In this document: positions 37,907-51,590 of the stretch, piece after piece
Position numbering within the stretch: the stretch's first letter is position 1
Layout of the letters: every line of letters starts with the position of its first letter
DNA from: Mobula hypostoma
Taxonomy: Eukaryota
Direction: 5' to 3'
DNA: 64,000 nt
Assembly (NCBI RefSeq): GCF_963921235.1
Contig: NC_086097.1
Location: forward strand, 10,478,001 to 10,542,000
Program-made: the position numbers and the translations under genes
Notes under the pieces: generated by a model
The model's database searches: none
What the model was told of the DNA's origin: nothing
What the model saw: only the letters and a program-made list of their open reading frames with translations

Positions 37907-39887
37907 TATAATTGATATATAAAATTATTGTATGTTCCTAAATTAATATGAAAATGTTTCAAAGTATTTCTTCATTGTTGTAAATGTTGCTGATATTCAT
38001 TAGTAAGAACGTCCTTCATCCCATCTTGCCTATTTTAGAATAGATATACAGGTACATTGTGCTTTAAAGTTACAGTAAATATATTCTGTCAGCAGGCTAT
38101 CCAAGTATCTTCAGGAAGGATAGTAAAGCATTGCAAATCAGGAAGTGGCACCATAAGCTAGGTTTACATCCAACTCTTCTTCCTGTGGCTACTCATATTC
38201 GTAGGGTGCAAGATCATCTGAATGCTGGACAGCAACATTTTAATATTACACCAGCCTCAATGGAATATGGGCTCTATACTGAACCAGTGCTGACTTTGTT
38301 GAAGTACATCCTAATTTCTTCCTTTTGGCTAGTTAGTAAAGCAAATTGTCAACCTGACCAGGGCCAACATAACAGAGATATGCCAGGTTGCAATAATCTA
38401 CATGCCCTACTACTTTTCAGTAAGCTCTCATTTCAATGTCGTAAACACTCAAAATTGTAGCTATATTTGAATTCATCAGGAAGAGGAAATAGTCTAAATT
38501 TGCATCTATGGGAGAATAAACAAATAAGCATTTCAGACTCAGACAACAGCGTCCAGTCAGGAGTTAACTACAACCATCTTCAACATAGCAATATGTCCTA
38601 AGGAAATTGTCATAGTAGTTTCTTTGAACAAAATTTGTTGCCAGCCCACAATACAGAGGTAGTATTAAAGCATACAACCAAATCTTGGTTAAATAGATAG
38701 AGTTTAGTTGAGTATAAATAGCAAACAGAGAGCTGGGATAAAATTACCAAGCCCCTTGCTGAGACCTTGGCACTAGAGTCATTGTAGAAATGGACGGCAT
38801 TAGTGGAAAGCTGTCACGTTAGCACCCTGACAGGGTGAGATCAAGGGAGTTTTTCATCTGAATGTATCTTGTGATCTTCTGAAAAGAAATTTCCATAAAC
38901 AAACATCTTTCATCTGTCACTTTGTAAAATATCATAGCATCTTTAAAAACCAATTAATGGAAATTCTATACAAAGTAATTATAAAACTATATCTTTTTTA
39001 TGAGAATTTTAATTCATTGACACCTGCTTACCAAAGTACACCATTTTATCATTGGGAAGGCTGTATCCTGAATGCCAATAAGATTTTTAATCAGACTTAA
39101 ATGTATTAATATGAAGATAAGTTTGCTTCATTTGTCACATGTACATCAAAACATCGAAATGTACATTGAAATGTGTCATTTGCATCAATATCCAGCACAG
39201 TCTGAGAAATTGCTGGAGGTAGCTATCAGGTGTCACTATGCTTCCAGCACCAAGATAGTCTGCACACAACTTACCAACCCCTATTTCTTTGGAAAGCAGG
39301 GCACGAGGAGAATCTACAAACTCCTTATAGACAGCAGTAGGAATTAAACCCTGATCACTGGAGCTGTACTGCATTATGCCAACTGCTGTGCTGCCATGCT
39401 GTAAAATAAATTAGTCGATCACTGTTTAAATTAGTGGGCCCATTAAAGGATTCACTGTTAATGCTATGTTTAGCTATGTGTTAGAATTAAGCCATACATA
39501 TGTTGTGTGTTAGTGTTCATTGTTATCCTTATTTAATATCATTAACCTTGGAAATAAAAACACAGTTTATTAAAATATATTAGATTAGCAATCAAAGGCA
39601 ATCTTACCAATCAAAGGCAAGGCTGAATTTACTAATAGATCGTTGAAGTGAAATATCATCTCTCTGTTTGCTGATGCTGTCAGACCACTCGTTTCCCAAT
39701 ATATCATATTTTGATCATGGACTACAGTACTATGCAAAATTCTTTGGCACATATATATAGCTAGGGTACCTCAAACCTTTCCACAGTAGGGTATATTATG
39801 TCTTTCCTGTTTCCAAATAACACTTAATAATACTGAGCGAAATCAAAGCTAAGTACTCTTTAACAATTGCATTCTTATTTTAATCAA

Positions 39888-40500
39888 TATACTGTGAAGG
39901 AGTCTTAGGTACATATGGAAAGCTAAGGTGATTCAGGCTTCTGCACAGTATTGTATTTGTCAATGTGGAGCAGAAAGCGAGTTTGTAAATCTGATGGGAG
40001 CAAAGGAATGGCGAGAATGGAATGTTGCAGGAGTTAACACAGTACTATAGTAACTTCATGCATTGCATTGAACTGCCATGCAAAAAAATAAACTAATTTC
40101 ATGACATATGTGAGTGCTGATAAACCTGGTTCTGATACAGGTCTGTATTAAGGGTTGAGATTGGGAAGAGGGGCAGGGAGATGGGAATGATGGTTGGAAA
40201 AAGGGAAGGGGAGGGAGAGAGTGGGAAGCACCAAAAAGGCATTCTGTAATGATTAATAAACCAATTCTTTGGAATCAAGTGACTTTGCCTGGTGTCTCAG
40301 GGCTGGGTGTGTCTGCACCTGTGTCACCATCACCCACCCCGGCACTCTTTTGCCACCTGTCCCACACCCCTCGCCCCTCACACTGCACTCTGCCCTCACC
40401 ATTCCAAACTTCCTTTGCTCCTACCAAATTTACAGACTCACTCTCCACTCCATGCTGACAAAGACCATACTGTGCAAAAGTCTTAGCTGCCCTCACTATA
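39888..40500. mobile_element. Composite MITE (copy 2), internally rearranged
   Basis: Same terminal modules. A short plus-orientation core start is followed by a full minus-orientation core. Solo module at ~39722-39793. Confidence 0.6.
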
Positions 40501-40502
40501 GA

Positions 40503-42927
40503 CAGTGCCTATAAAAAGTATTCATCCCCATAGGAAGTTTCCATGTTTTATTGTTTTACAAAACTGAATCACAGTAGATTTAATTTGGCTGTTTTTGACA
40601 CTGATATAGAACATGGAACATAGAATAGTACAGCACATTACAGGCCCTTCGGCCCACAATGTTGAGCCGACCCTCAAACCCTGCTTCCCATATAACCCCC
40701 CACCTTAAATTCCTCCATATACCTGTCTAGTAGTCTCTTAAACTTCACGAGTGTATTTCCCTCCACCATTGATTCAGGCAGTGCATTCCACGCACTAACC
40801 ACTCACTGAGTCAAAAACCTTCCTCTAATATCCCCCTTGAACTTCCCACCCCTTACCTTAAAGCCACGTCCTCTTGTATTGAGCAGTGGTGCCATGGGGA
40901 AGAGGCGCTGGCTATCCACTCTATCTATTCCTCTTATTATCTTGTACACCTCTATCATGTCTCCTCCCATCCTCCTTCTCTCCAAAGAGTAAAGCCCTAG
41001 CTCCCTTAATCTCTGATCATAATGCATACTCTCTAAACCAGGCAGCATCCTGGTAAATCTCCTCTGTACCTTTTCCAATGCTTCCACATCCTTCCTATAG
41101 TGAGGTGACCAGAACTGGACACAGTACTCCAATTGTGGCCTAACCAGAGTTTTATAGAGCTGCATCATTACATCATGACTCTTAAACTCTATCCCTCGAC
41201 TTATGAAAGCTAAAACCCCATAAACTTTCTTAACTACCCCATCTACCTGTGAGGGATCTATGGACATGTACCCCCAGATCCCTCTGCTCCTCCACACTAC
41301 CAAGTATCCTGCCATTTACCTTGTACTCTGTCTTGGAGTTTGTCCTTCCAAAGTGTACCACCTCACACTTCTCCGGGTTGAACTCTATCTGCCACTTCTC
41401 AGCCCACTTCTGCATCCTATCAATGTCTCTCTGCAATCTTCAACAATCCTCTACACTATCTACAACACCACCAACCTTTGTGTCATCTGCAAACTTGCCA
41501 ACCCACCCTTCTACCCCCACATCCAGGTCATTAATAAAAATCACGAAAAGTAGAGGTCCCAGAACAGATCCTTGTGGGACACCACTAGTCACAATCCTCC
41601 AATCTGAATGTACTCCCTCCACCACCACCCTCTGCCTTCTGCAGGCCAGCCAATTCTGAATCCACCTGGCCAAACTTCCCATGCCTTCTGACTTTCTGAA
41701 TAAGCCTACCATGTGGAACTTTGGCAAATGTCTTACTAAAATCCATATAGATCACACCTACTGCACTATCCTCATCTATATGCCTGGTCACCTCCTCAAA
41801 CCTTCTGATCAACAGAAAAAGACTTATATCAACATGAAAAAGATCTGTACAAAGTGATCTAAATTAATAACAAATATAAAACACAAAATAAATGATTGCA
41901 TAGATATTCACCCCTTTTAATATGACACACCAAATCATCACTGGTGCATCCAATTGGTTTTAGAAGTCACATAGTTAGTTAAATGGAGATCTGTTCTGGG
42001 ACACCTGCATGCAGTCAAGGTGTTTCAATTGATTGTAGTATAAGTACACCTGCATCTGGAAGTTCCAACTGCTGCTGAGTCAGTATCCTGGCAAGAACTG
42101 CACCATGAAGATAAAAGAACACTCCAAGCAATTCTGCGAAAATGTTATTGAAAAGCACAAGTCAGGAGATGGATAGAAGAATATTTCCAAGTCACTGAAT
42201 ATCCATCGGGTACAGTTAAGTTAATTAGCAAGAAATAGAAAGGATATGGCACAGCTGTAAATATGCCGAGAGCAGGCCGTCCTCAAAGACTGAGTGACTG
42301 TGCAAAAGAGACCTATGACAACTCAGGAGGAGCCACAAGCTTCAGTGACTGAGATGGGAGAAATTGCGTTTACAACTTTTGCCTGGGAGCTTCACCATCT
42401 GTAGCTTTATTTGGAGAATGGCAAAGAGAAACCACTGTTGGAAAAAACTCACGTGAAATCTCAGCTAGAATTTACCGAAATGCATATTGGTGACTCTGAA
42501 GCCAGCTGGAAGAAGGTTCTATGGTCTGATGAAACCAAAATTGAGCTTTTTGACCATCAGACTAACTGCTGCGTTCACTCATGATCCCCATGTAATCTGA
42601 CAGAGCTTGAGCAGTTTTGTAAAGAAGAATGGGGGGAAATTGCAGTGTCCAGATGTAGAAAGAGACGTATCCATACAGTCTAAATTGCTGTAATTGCTGC
42701 CAAGGTGCATCTACTAAATACTGACTTGAAGAGGGTGAGTAATTATGCAATCAATTATTTTGTGTTTAATAATTTTGCTATATATTTAGACTAATTTGTA
42801 GAGATTTGTTTTCACTTCGACACAAATTAGTCTTTTCTGCTGATCAGTGTGAAAAAAGCCAAATTAAACCCACTGTGATTCAATGTTGTAAATTCTAAGG
42901 GGGGGTAAATACTTTTTAAAGGCACTG
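40503..42927 (+). mobile_element. Tc1-family DNA transposon (IR/DR type), internally deleted, carrying a CR1 insertion
   Basis: TIR ends CAGTGCCTATAAAAAGTATT / AATACTTTTTAAAGGCACTG followed by TA. Inner repeats at ~41893-41914 and 42733-42753. Transposase remnants MKIKEHSKQ..KHKSGDG*KNISKSL (42105) and VLWSDETKIELF (~42515-42550). Confidence 0.88.
40606..41804 (-). mobile_element. CR1 5'-truncated copy nested in the Tc1 left TIR
   Basis: [30 protein letters not shown]. Flanked by ctgat (40601-05 / 41805-09). Confidence 0.9.
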
Positions 42928-45075
42928 TATAACAGATATGTTTAGAGTCATAAGCAGCTTCAGGTGACAAAGGGCTTTCTTTGAATTAAAGCTAGATATT
43001 TTAGAAGAGATTTTTCATAGCCTTTTACCTCTGATGTTCCGATGTGCTTAAATTATGAGGTAATATGTGTTCGAGTCAGCAATCTAGGGCTCTGTTCTTG
43101 TAGCAGAGAAAAAAATGCACGTGGAAAGCCCAAAGTGCTTTCATCACTGATAGCTGATTATACCTTGAGTACCTCAAGGAAATTATACCTTGAACAGTAG
43201 AGAGCTCTGAGGATAAATTTCTCCTTGGGTACTCGGGCTCCATGGAAAGAGGTTCCATGCAAGAAATGTGAGATGGCCTTTGGAAGTTGGTATCCAGGCC
43301 AGGATAGTGAGAGTCAAATTCCTAGGAAGAACAAAAGCATACAATCTCAAGACCAGCTTATAGGATCTCCAGCACCAGAGGCCGAGCTGACTCTTCTAGA
43401 CTAGGAAACAACAAAATGCAAAAGCAGAGCCTCACCATTGGAGAATGGCATGCTCTTGCAATCGAGATTCACGCTCTTCCCAGTTCAAGAATTTGAGATT
43501 GTAACGGGGTGGGTTGATCAGAATCGAACCAATTTGAGTGTCCAGGAAATGTGGTAATGAGAGCACAAGCACAACAAAGTAACAAGCCTAATTTATTATC
43601 ATAAAACAGAAAGCAAAAATAGACCACACTAAATACCAAGTAGTAAGTTGCAAAGGTTTCTAAGATTCCAGGATTCGTGATTCTCAGCCACCAGTTGGTT
43701 CATTGTGGCGAAACTCCAAATTCTGACTTGTGAAATCACCCTGGGTGCATCCTAGGTAGCTATCAATTGTGATGACTCGTCTGGGCAAAGTCCCAAGAAC
43801 TAAGCAAAAGGTACCTCAATAAATAGGGGTTCAATCCACAAGCATTGAGAGACAGGCAGAGACAGATAAACTCTTTGGTCTTTTGCTCTCATACCACTAG
43901 TGCCTGAGGCGAAAACAGAATCCAAAGCCTATTAACAAATATTTTACAAACCTACAGCGTAAGAATACAGCCACTATTATCAAGCAGTTAACAAACCTAG
44001 TTTTAACTTGTACAGCCACCTTGCATGCTGCAAGTTCATAAAGAACTAAAGTGCCACTTGAAATTGTTCAGACTTTCATCTAAAAGTTTTACAAAATTTA
44101 ATGCACCACACACAGAGATAGAAAAACAAGAATAATTCCCGTTGCACACTGATTCATATCAGTTAAGCATGCTGAGTATGGCTTTATGTGTTAATATAAT
44201 CTAATGAAAACTCAAAACTTAGTTGGAAAAGCACAGAATTTCCAGTCAAGTTTTGTGATTACATTTTATGTAAAAATGCATTGTATGCACATATTAATGT
44301 TTCCCTCTAGAATTTCTAACTCAATCATTCAATATTAAGCCATTAACATTGGACAATTTAAGGTCTAATTCCATAAAAATACTAACTGTAATATGTGTTA
44401 AATTGGATCTCCAAGGCTCTTGTCAAAGGTTTATATCAAGGGCAAAATTTCCTTCCAGAAGTCTATGAAGGTGAGACAGCATGTTGTGAAGGATATTTGG
44501 AATACTCTCTATGGAGTCTCATCTTTATGGTAGAGACACTGACTGACCACTTTATTTAATTAGGTCAGTAAATTGTGCAGTTATTACACAATACTTCACT
44601 TCCGCATTGTAACAGAATTAAGGGAGCATTCATGAACTTGGTGCACTCTTCTTTTACCCTGGTATTCAGAAGTGCCTTCTTAATAGAAAATGCATGTGTT
44701 TCATGGACTAGCCATTTTAAGTGTTGAACTGATGCCCCATAAAGCGTAATAGGCCATAGCATTACATTAAATTCAAATACTGTATGCATAAAACTGTGGA
44801 AGTCATGGGCATTGATAAGTTTCTCTAGTAAGTTCTCACATAATATTTGTTAAATAGAAAAGATCTATAAATGTGTTCAAATGTTTTTAGAAGGCACAAC
44901 AAAAGATATGAACTGTATGCAAGCACGTTCTAGGTTATTTTCTATAGATTTTGTATTGTCCAGATTACGATTTATACTGCTATGCTGTAGGTATTTCATT
45001 TCATCAGTTTTCTACAAAAGCAGTGTGTCCTGCTGGTAGAATGTTTTAGTTTTGGCTAAAGATAAGAGCCTTGCT

Positions 45076-45803
45076 GTTCATATTGGCCTCTTTCAATTCT
45101 ATGCTTTTTTCATGTCCTTGCCCAGTCTTTCTTGTTGCCAATTGGTGGATTGGGGGTTTAGGTGCTCTGTTAGTTTTTGTGTGAGGGAGGGGTTGGGGTT
45201 GGTGAGTTAAGGGATGTTAGGAGTGCATTGGGAGAAAGTTCTAGAGAGAGTTTGGTGACAGCAGTGTGGTTCGCAAGTCTTTTTGTGAGAGCAGACAGGA
45301 GGGAAGATGGCTGAACATGCTTTGGGAGGCATCGTCCCCGTTGCATGATGTGCTTTATACTGATGAATGGCTTCAAGGAGGAAGAGCCAATACTCCCAAG
45401 AGTAACACTCTCAAAAAATGCTGGTGAACGCAGCAGGCCAGGCAGCATCTATAGGAAGAGGTACAGTTGACGTTTCAGGCCGAGACCCTTCGTCAGGACT
45501 AACTGAAAGACTCCCAAGAGTGAGCCTATTTTTTTTGAGATGTATTTCAATTGAAGATCAGTGGGTCCAACATGTGAGTAAAATGACAACTCCAGGATAA
45601 GCTCCAAGTTATGTGTGACATTTTGACATCAATTCTCACTCCCCTTGCACAAAAAGAAAAATAAACTAAAGCTCACCAACCCCAACCCCTCCCTCACACA
45701 AAAACTAACAGAGCACCCAAACCCCCAATCCACCAATTGGCAACAAGAAAGACTGGGCAAGGACATGAAAAAAAGCATTGAATTGAAAGAGGCCAATATG
45801 AAC
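45076..45803. repeat. ~131-bp near-perfect inverted repeat (45076-45206 / 45672-45803)
   Basis: Manual alignment gives 2 substitutions and a 1-base homopolymer indel. Confidence 0.9.
45404..45509 (-). mobile_element. 106-bp PLE fragment containing the hammerhead motif (45465-45500)
   Basis: Nearly identical to 32218-32307. Perfect 12-bp TSD actcccaagagt (45392-45403 / 45510-45521). Confidence 0.88.
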
Positions 45804-46429
45804 TACAGTCCAATCCATAAATCTCAGAATTTCAATAACATTTCCAAGAACATCAGGAGCCAGCAGCTTCTCTGAGGAAAGCGACATGAACCAGTGGCCT
45901 CTCCAGGAACGGTTGCTGTCTTCCACATTTGCTTAGGTGTTTAAATCTTCCTCAATGCTTTAATTGGTGAGAATTGTAGTCGATCATGGCCCCTTGTCTC
46001 ACCCCTGAGCTTCCCCTAATGGTAGCTCATGCTCTCATTTCTCTTCTGCAGTTTTCTCACGGACAGCAGAGTGCTAGCTCACTCAGTCAAACAAACCGTA
46101 GAATTTAAACACCCATTTACCATGGTGTGATTTGAACTTAATTTTCTGGGTTATCAATCTGTCTATTAGCTCTGCAAACCAGTAAAATACTTGCTAAGCC
46201 ATTGAGTCCTCTGAGGACACGAGGAAATGTTTGAGAGTTAATCCACAAAGTGGCTTGCAGAATAAAATTTGGAGAGCAAAATATTTTGAGATTCAATTCT
46301 ATTGTGAGATTTTTTCTGTCCTGCTATGATTCCATTGCAAGCTTTCGGTACTTGAAGAATGATGAACTCTTTTCATCTTAGACTCTCAGCCTGGATCCAA
46401 ATGTGGAATTTTATTGTGACAATTTGATT

Positions 46430-46930
46430 ATACACCCAGTGGCTACTTTATTAGATACATATTAAGAGGCCACTGTCCACACTGGTGGTCTTCCGCTGGT
46501 ATAGCCCAACCATGTGTTTTGCATTCAGAAATGCTGTTCTGCACAACACTGTTTAACACATGGTTATTTGAGTTCTTGTTGCCTGCCTGTCAGCTTGAAA
46601 CAGACTGGACATTCTCCTCTGAGCTCTCTCATTAACTAAGCACTGCAGCTCACTGGATGTTGTTGTTTCTTGCACCAATCTCTGTGAACTCTAGAGACTT
46701 GTGTGAGAAAATCCCAGGACATCAGCAGTTTCTGAGATACTCTAGCCACTCTGTCTCATACCAACAATCATTCCATGATTAAAGTCATTTCTTCCCCATT
46801 CTGATGTTTACTCTGAACAACAATTGAACCTCTTCAACATGTCTGCATGCTTTGAGTTGCTGCCACATGATTGAATATCTAGATATTTATATTAATGAGC
46901 AGGTATACAAGGTGTACGTAATAAAGTGGT
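46430..46930. mobile_element. Tc1-like MITE
   Basis: Ends tacacccagtggctactttattagatac and gtacgtaataaagtgg form an imperfect inverted pair. Non-coding interior. Confidence 0.55.
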
Positions 46931-47359
46931 GTAGGTAGGTGTTACTTGGGGAAAGAAAATTCTGGGAAAATTTATCCATTTTGTTCAACGTGTGTTTTTT
47001 GACTCCAAAAATGGAGACAATAGGCTTAATTATCCATTGAAGAGAATACCAGTGCAGTAGCCATTTTCACTCAATGCTATTCCTCAGCAGCTGAACCTCC
47101 AGCCTATTTCATTCAGTGATTATCTGACCACTGGGATTGATTAATGTTAACACTAGGTTACGAAACTGGAAAATTGCTTCTTTCTGCAGTATTGGCATTT
47201 TTCACTTTGATCAATACAGTACCTTTGCAGGTACAACTTTACACAAATGCAAAAACATTGTACTGTACTCCAGAGCAATATGTCTTTGGTGTCATTGTAC
47301 CCTATTGAGAAAGACCTGTGATGACAACCAAGAGGACAGGTTTCCCTTGAACAGTTAGG

Positions 47360-49600
47360 ATCATAGAGAAGTATAGCATAGAAACTGGCCCTTTGGCCCA
47401 TCTAGTTCATGCCAAAACAATTTAAACTACCTACTCTTATTGACCTCCACTAGGACCATATCGTTCCATACCCATACCATCCATGTATCTCTTCAAACTT
47501 CTCTTAGGTGCTTAAATCAAGCTCGCATGCATCACTTGTGCTGGGAGGTCGTTCCATACTCTCGCAAACCTCTGACTGAAGAAGTTTCCCCTCATATTCC
47601 CATTAAACCTTTTGCCTTTTGCCTTTCACCTTTGTTCCACCCAACCTCAGTGGAAAAAGTCTGCTTGCTTTTATGCTATCTATAGCCCTCACCATTTGTA
47701 TACCTCCATCAAATCTCCTCTCAATCTTCCACATTCCAAGGAATACAGACCTAACCTGTTCAACCTACCCTATAACTCAGGTCATCCAGACCCAGCAATA
47801 TCCTTCTAAATTTTCTCTATCCTTTGAACCTTGTTTACATCTTTCCTGTAGGTAGGTGACCAAAACTGCACCCAATACTCCAAATTAGGCCTCACCAAAA
47901 ACCTGTACAACTTCAGCGTAACATTCTATCTCCTATACTCAATACATTGATTGATGAAGGCCAATGTGTCAAAAGCTTTCTTTACAGCCCCGTCTACCAG
48001 TGACACCACTTACAATGAATTATGGATCTGTACTCCCAGACCCCTTTGTTCGACCACATTCCTCAGTGCCCTGTCATTCACTGTGTAAGACCTACCCTGG
48101 TTAGTCCTACTGAAGTGCAACATCTCGCACTTGACTTTATTAAATTCCATCTGCAATTTTTCAGCCCATTTTTCCAGCTGAGGCAAATCCCTCTGCAAGC
48201 CATGATACCCTTCCTCACTGTCCACTACACCTCCGATCTTGGTGTCATCCACAAATTTGCTGATCCAGTTAACTACCTTGTCATCCAGATCATTGATACA
48301 GATGAGAATCAACAACGCTCCCAGCACTGATCCCTGCGGCACACCACTAGTCACAGGCCTCCAGTCAGACGGGCAATCTTCTATGACCACTCTCTGACTT
48401 GTCCCACAAAGCCAATGTGCAATCCAATTTACTACCTCATCTTCAACGCCAAGTGACTGAACCTTTTTGACCATTGTCCCATGTGGGCGGGGCCTTGTTA
48501 AATGCATTGCTAAAGTCCATGTAGACAACATCCACTGCCTTGCCTTCATTCACTTTCCAGGTAACTTGCTCAAAAAGCTCCATAATGTTAGGTAGACATG
48601 TCCACTCATGCACAAAGCCATGCTGACTATCCTTAATCAGTCCATGTCTATCCAAATACTTGTATATCAAGTTGCTTAGAATACCTTCCAATAACGTTCC
48701 CACATTTGATGTCAGGCTCGCCAACCTATAACTTCTTGAATTCTACTTATAGCATTTTCTAAATGTCAGAACAACGTTGGCTATTCTTCAATTCTCTCAT
48801 ACCTCTCCTGTCACTAATGATGATTTAAAGATCTCTGCTAGGGCCCCAGCAGTTTCTGCACTTGCCTCTCATAGGATCCAAAGGAACACCTTGTCAGGCC
48901 CTGGGGACTAAGCCATCTTGATTTGTTCACAGAATATCAAACACTTTCTCCTCTGTAGTCTGTACAGGGTCCATTAAGTTGATGCTACTTTGCCTCACTT
49001 CTAGAGACTGTGTCCATCTCCTGAGCAAATACCAATACGAAAATACTTTTTAAGATCTCTCTGATCTGTTTTGGCTCCATACATGGATTACCATTCTGGT
49101 CTTCCAGAGGAACAATTTTGTCCCTTGCAATCCTTTTGCTCTTGACATATCTGTAGAACCCCTTAATTAGGTGAATCTCATTCACCTTGTCTGTTAGAGC
49201 AACTTCATGCCTTCTTTTAGCCCTCTTGGTTTCTTTTTTAAGTGTTCTTTCGCATTTCTTAAACTCCATAAGCACCTCATTTGTTCCTACCTGCCCATAC
49301 CTGCTATACACCTCCTTTTTTTCTCTTAACCAGAGGCTCAATATCTCTTGAAAGCCAAGGTTTCCTACACTTGTTATATTTACTTTTTATGCTGATGGGT
49401 GCATACAAGCTTTGTACTCTCAACATTTTGTTTTTGAATGCCTCCCACTTACCAAGTATACCTTTGCCAGAAAACAGCTTGCTCCAATCTATACTTTCCA
49501 GATCATTTTTTGAATCCATCAAAATTGGCCTTACTCCAATTTAGAATCTCAACCTGCTAATCAGGCTTATCTTTTTGCATATTTACTTTGAAATTAATGG
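47360..49600 (-). mobile_element. CR1 LINE, degenerate RT and 3' end
   Basis: [30 protein letters not shown] across frameshifts. Confidence 0.88.
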
Positions 49601-51590
49601 CTCCAATCCTCCGGTACCATTCCCGTGGACGACGAGGACATAAAGATCCTAGCCAGAGGCTCAGCAATCACTTCTCTCGCCTCATGGAGCAGCCTGGAGA
49701 ATATTCCGTCAGGCCCCGGGACTTATCTGTCCTAATGTATTTTAACAACTCCAACATCTCCTCTCCCTTAATATCAGCATGCTCCAGAACATCAACCTCA
49801 CTCATATTGTCCTCACCATCATCAAGTTCCCTCTCATTGGTGAATACCGAAGAGAAGTATTCATTGAGGACCTCGCTCACTTCCACAGCCTCCAGGCACA
49901 TCTTCCCACCTTTATCTCTAATCAGTCCTACCTTCACTCCTGTCATCCTTTTTTTCTTCACATAATTGAAGAATGCCTTGGGGTTTTCCTTTGCCCTACT
50001 CACCAAGGCCTTCTCATGCCCCCTTCTTGCTCCTCTCAGCCCCTTCTTAAGCTCCTTTCTTGCTTCCCTATATTCCTCAATAGACCCATCTGATCCTTGC
50101 TTCCTAAACCTCATGTATGCTGCCTTCTTCGTCCTGACTAGATTTTCCACCTCACTTGTCATCCATGGTTCCTTCACCCTACCATTCTTTATCTTCCTCA
50201 CTGGGACAAATTTATCCCTAACATCCCGCAAGAGACCTCTAATCATCGACCTCATGTCCATAGTATATTTCCCTGCAAAAACATCATCCCAATTCACACC
50301 CGCCAGTTCTAGCCTTATAGCCTCATAATTTGCCTTTCCCCAATTAAAAATTTTCCTGTCCTCTTTGATTCTATCCTTTTCCATGATAATTATAAAGGCC
50401 AGGGAGCGGTGGTCACTGTCCCCCAGATGCTCACCCACTGAGGGATCTGTGACCTGACCCGGTTCATTACCTAGTACTAGATCTAGTATGGCATTCCCCC
50501 TAGTCGGCCTGTCCACATACTGTGACAGGAATCCATCCTGGAGACACTTAACAAATTCTGCCCCATCTAAACCCTTGGAACTAATCAGGTGCCAATCAAT
50601 ATTAGGGAAGTTAAAGTCACCCATGATAACAACCCTGTTATTTTTGCACCTTTCCAAAATCTGCCTCCCAATTCGCTCCTCTGTATCTCTGCTGCTACCA
50701 GGGGGCCTATAGAGTACCCCCAGTAGAGTAACTGCTCCCTTCCTGTTCCTGACTTCCACCCATATTGACTCAAAAGAGGATCCTGCTACATTGCCCACCC
50801 TTTCTGTAGCTGTAATAGTATCCCTGACCAGTAATGCCATCCCTCCTCCCCTTTTTCCGCCCCCTCTATCCCTTTTAAAGCACTGAAATCCAGGAATATT
50901 GAGAATCCATTCCTGCCCTGGTGCCAGCCAAGTCTCTGTAATGGCCACTACATCATAATTCCATGTATGTATCCAAGCTCTCAGTTCATCACCTTTGTTC
51001 CTGATGCTTCTTGCATTGAGGTACACACATTTCAGCCCTTCTACCTTACTGTCTTTACACCGTTTATTCTGCTTCTCTTTCCTCAAAGCCTCTCTGTATG
51101 TTAGATCTGGCTTTACTCCATGCACTTCTTTCACTGCTCTATCGCTCTGGGTCCCATCCCCCTCACAAATTAGTTTAAACCCTCCCGAACCATGCTAGCA
51201 AACCTACCTGCAAGGATATTACTCCTCCTCGAGTTCAGGTGCAACCCATCCAATCTGTACAGGTCCCACCTTCCACAGAAGAGATCCCAATGATCCAAAA
51301 ATCTAAAACCCTGCTCCCTGCACCAACTCCTCAGCCACGCATTCAACTGCCATCTCCTCCAATTCTTACCATCTCTGTCAAGTAGCACTGGCAGCAATCC
51401 TGAGAACGTCACCCTTGAGGTCCTGTTCTTCAGCCTTCTGCCTAATTCCCGAAACTCACACTTCAGGACCTCATCCCTCTTCCTGCCTATGTTGTTGGTC
51501 CCAACATGTATCACGACTTCTGGTTGCTTTCCCTTTCGTACCAGGATGTCGTGCACCCGGTCAGAGACATCCCGGACCCTGGCACCCAGG
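49600..51590 (-). mobile_element. Young CR1 internal segment (ORF1 SGNH esterase + ORF2 APE)
   Basis: ORF 51170-51556 has VIHVGTNNI and DGLHLN. ORF 49668-51134 has YLNARSI, VAITETWL, MGDFNFP and GDSDH, open for 488 aa. Confidence 0.92.

Noticed and set aside
43500..43948. Possible solo LTR (TGTAA...TTACA with a minus-strand AATAAA)
   Set aside because: No matching 4-6 bp TSD and no second copy in the window. Unsupported without a database search.
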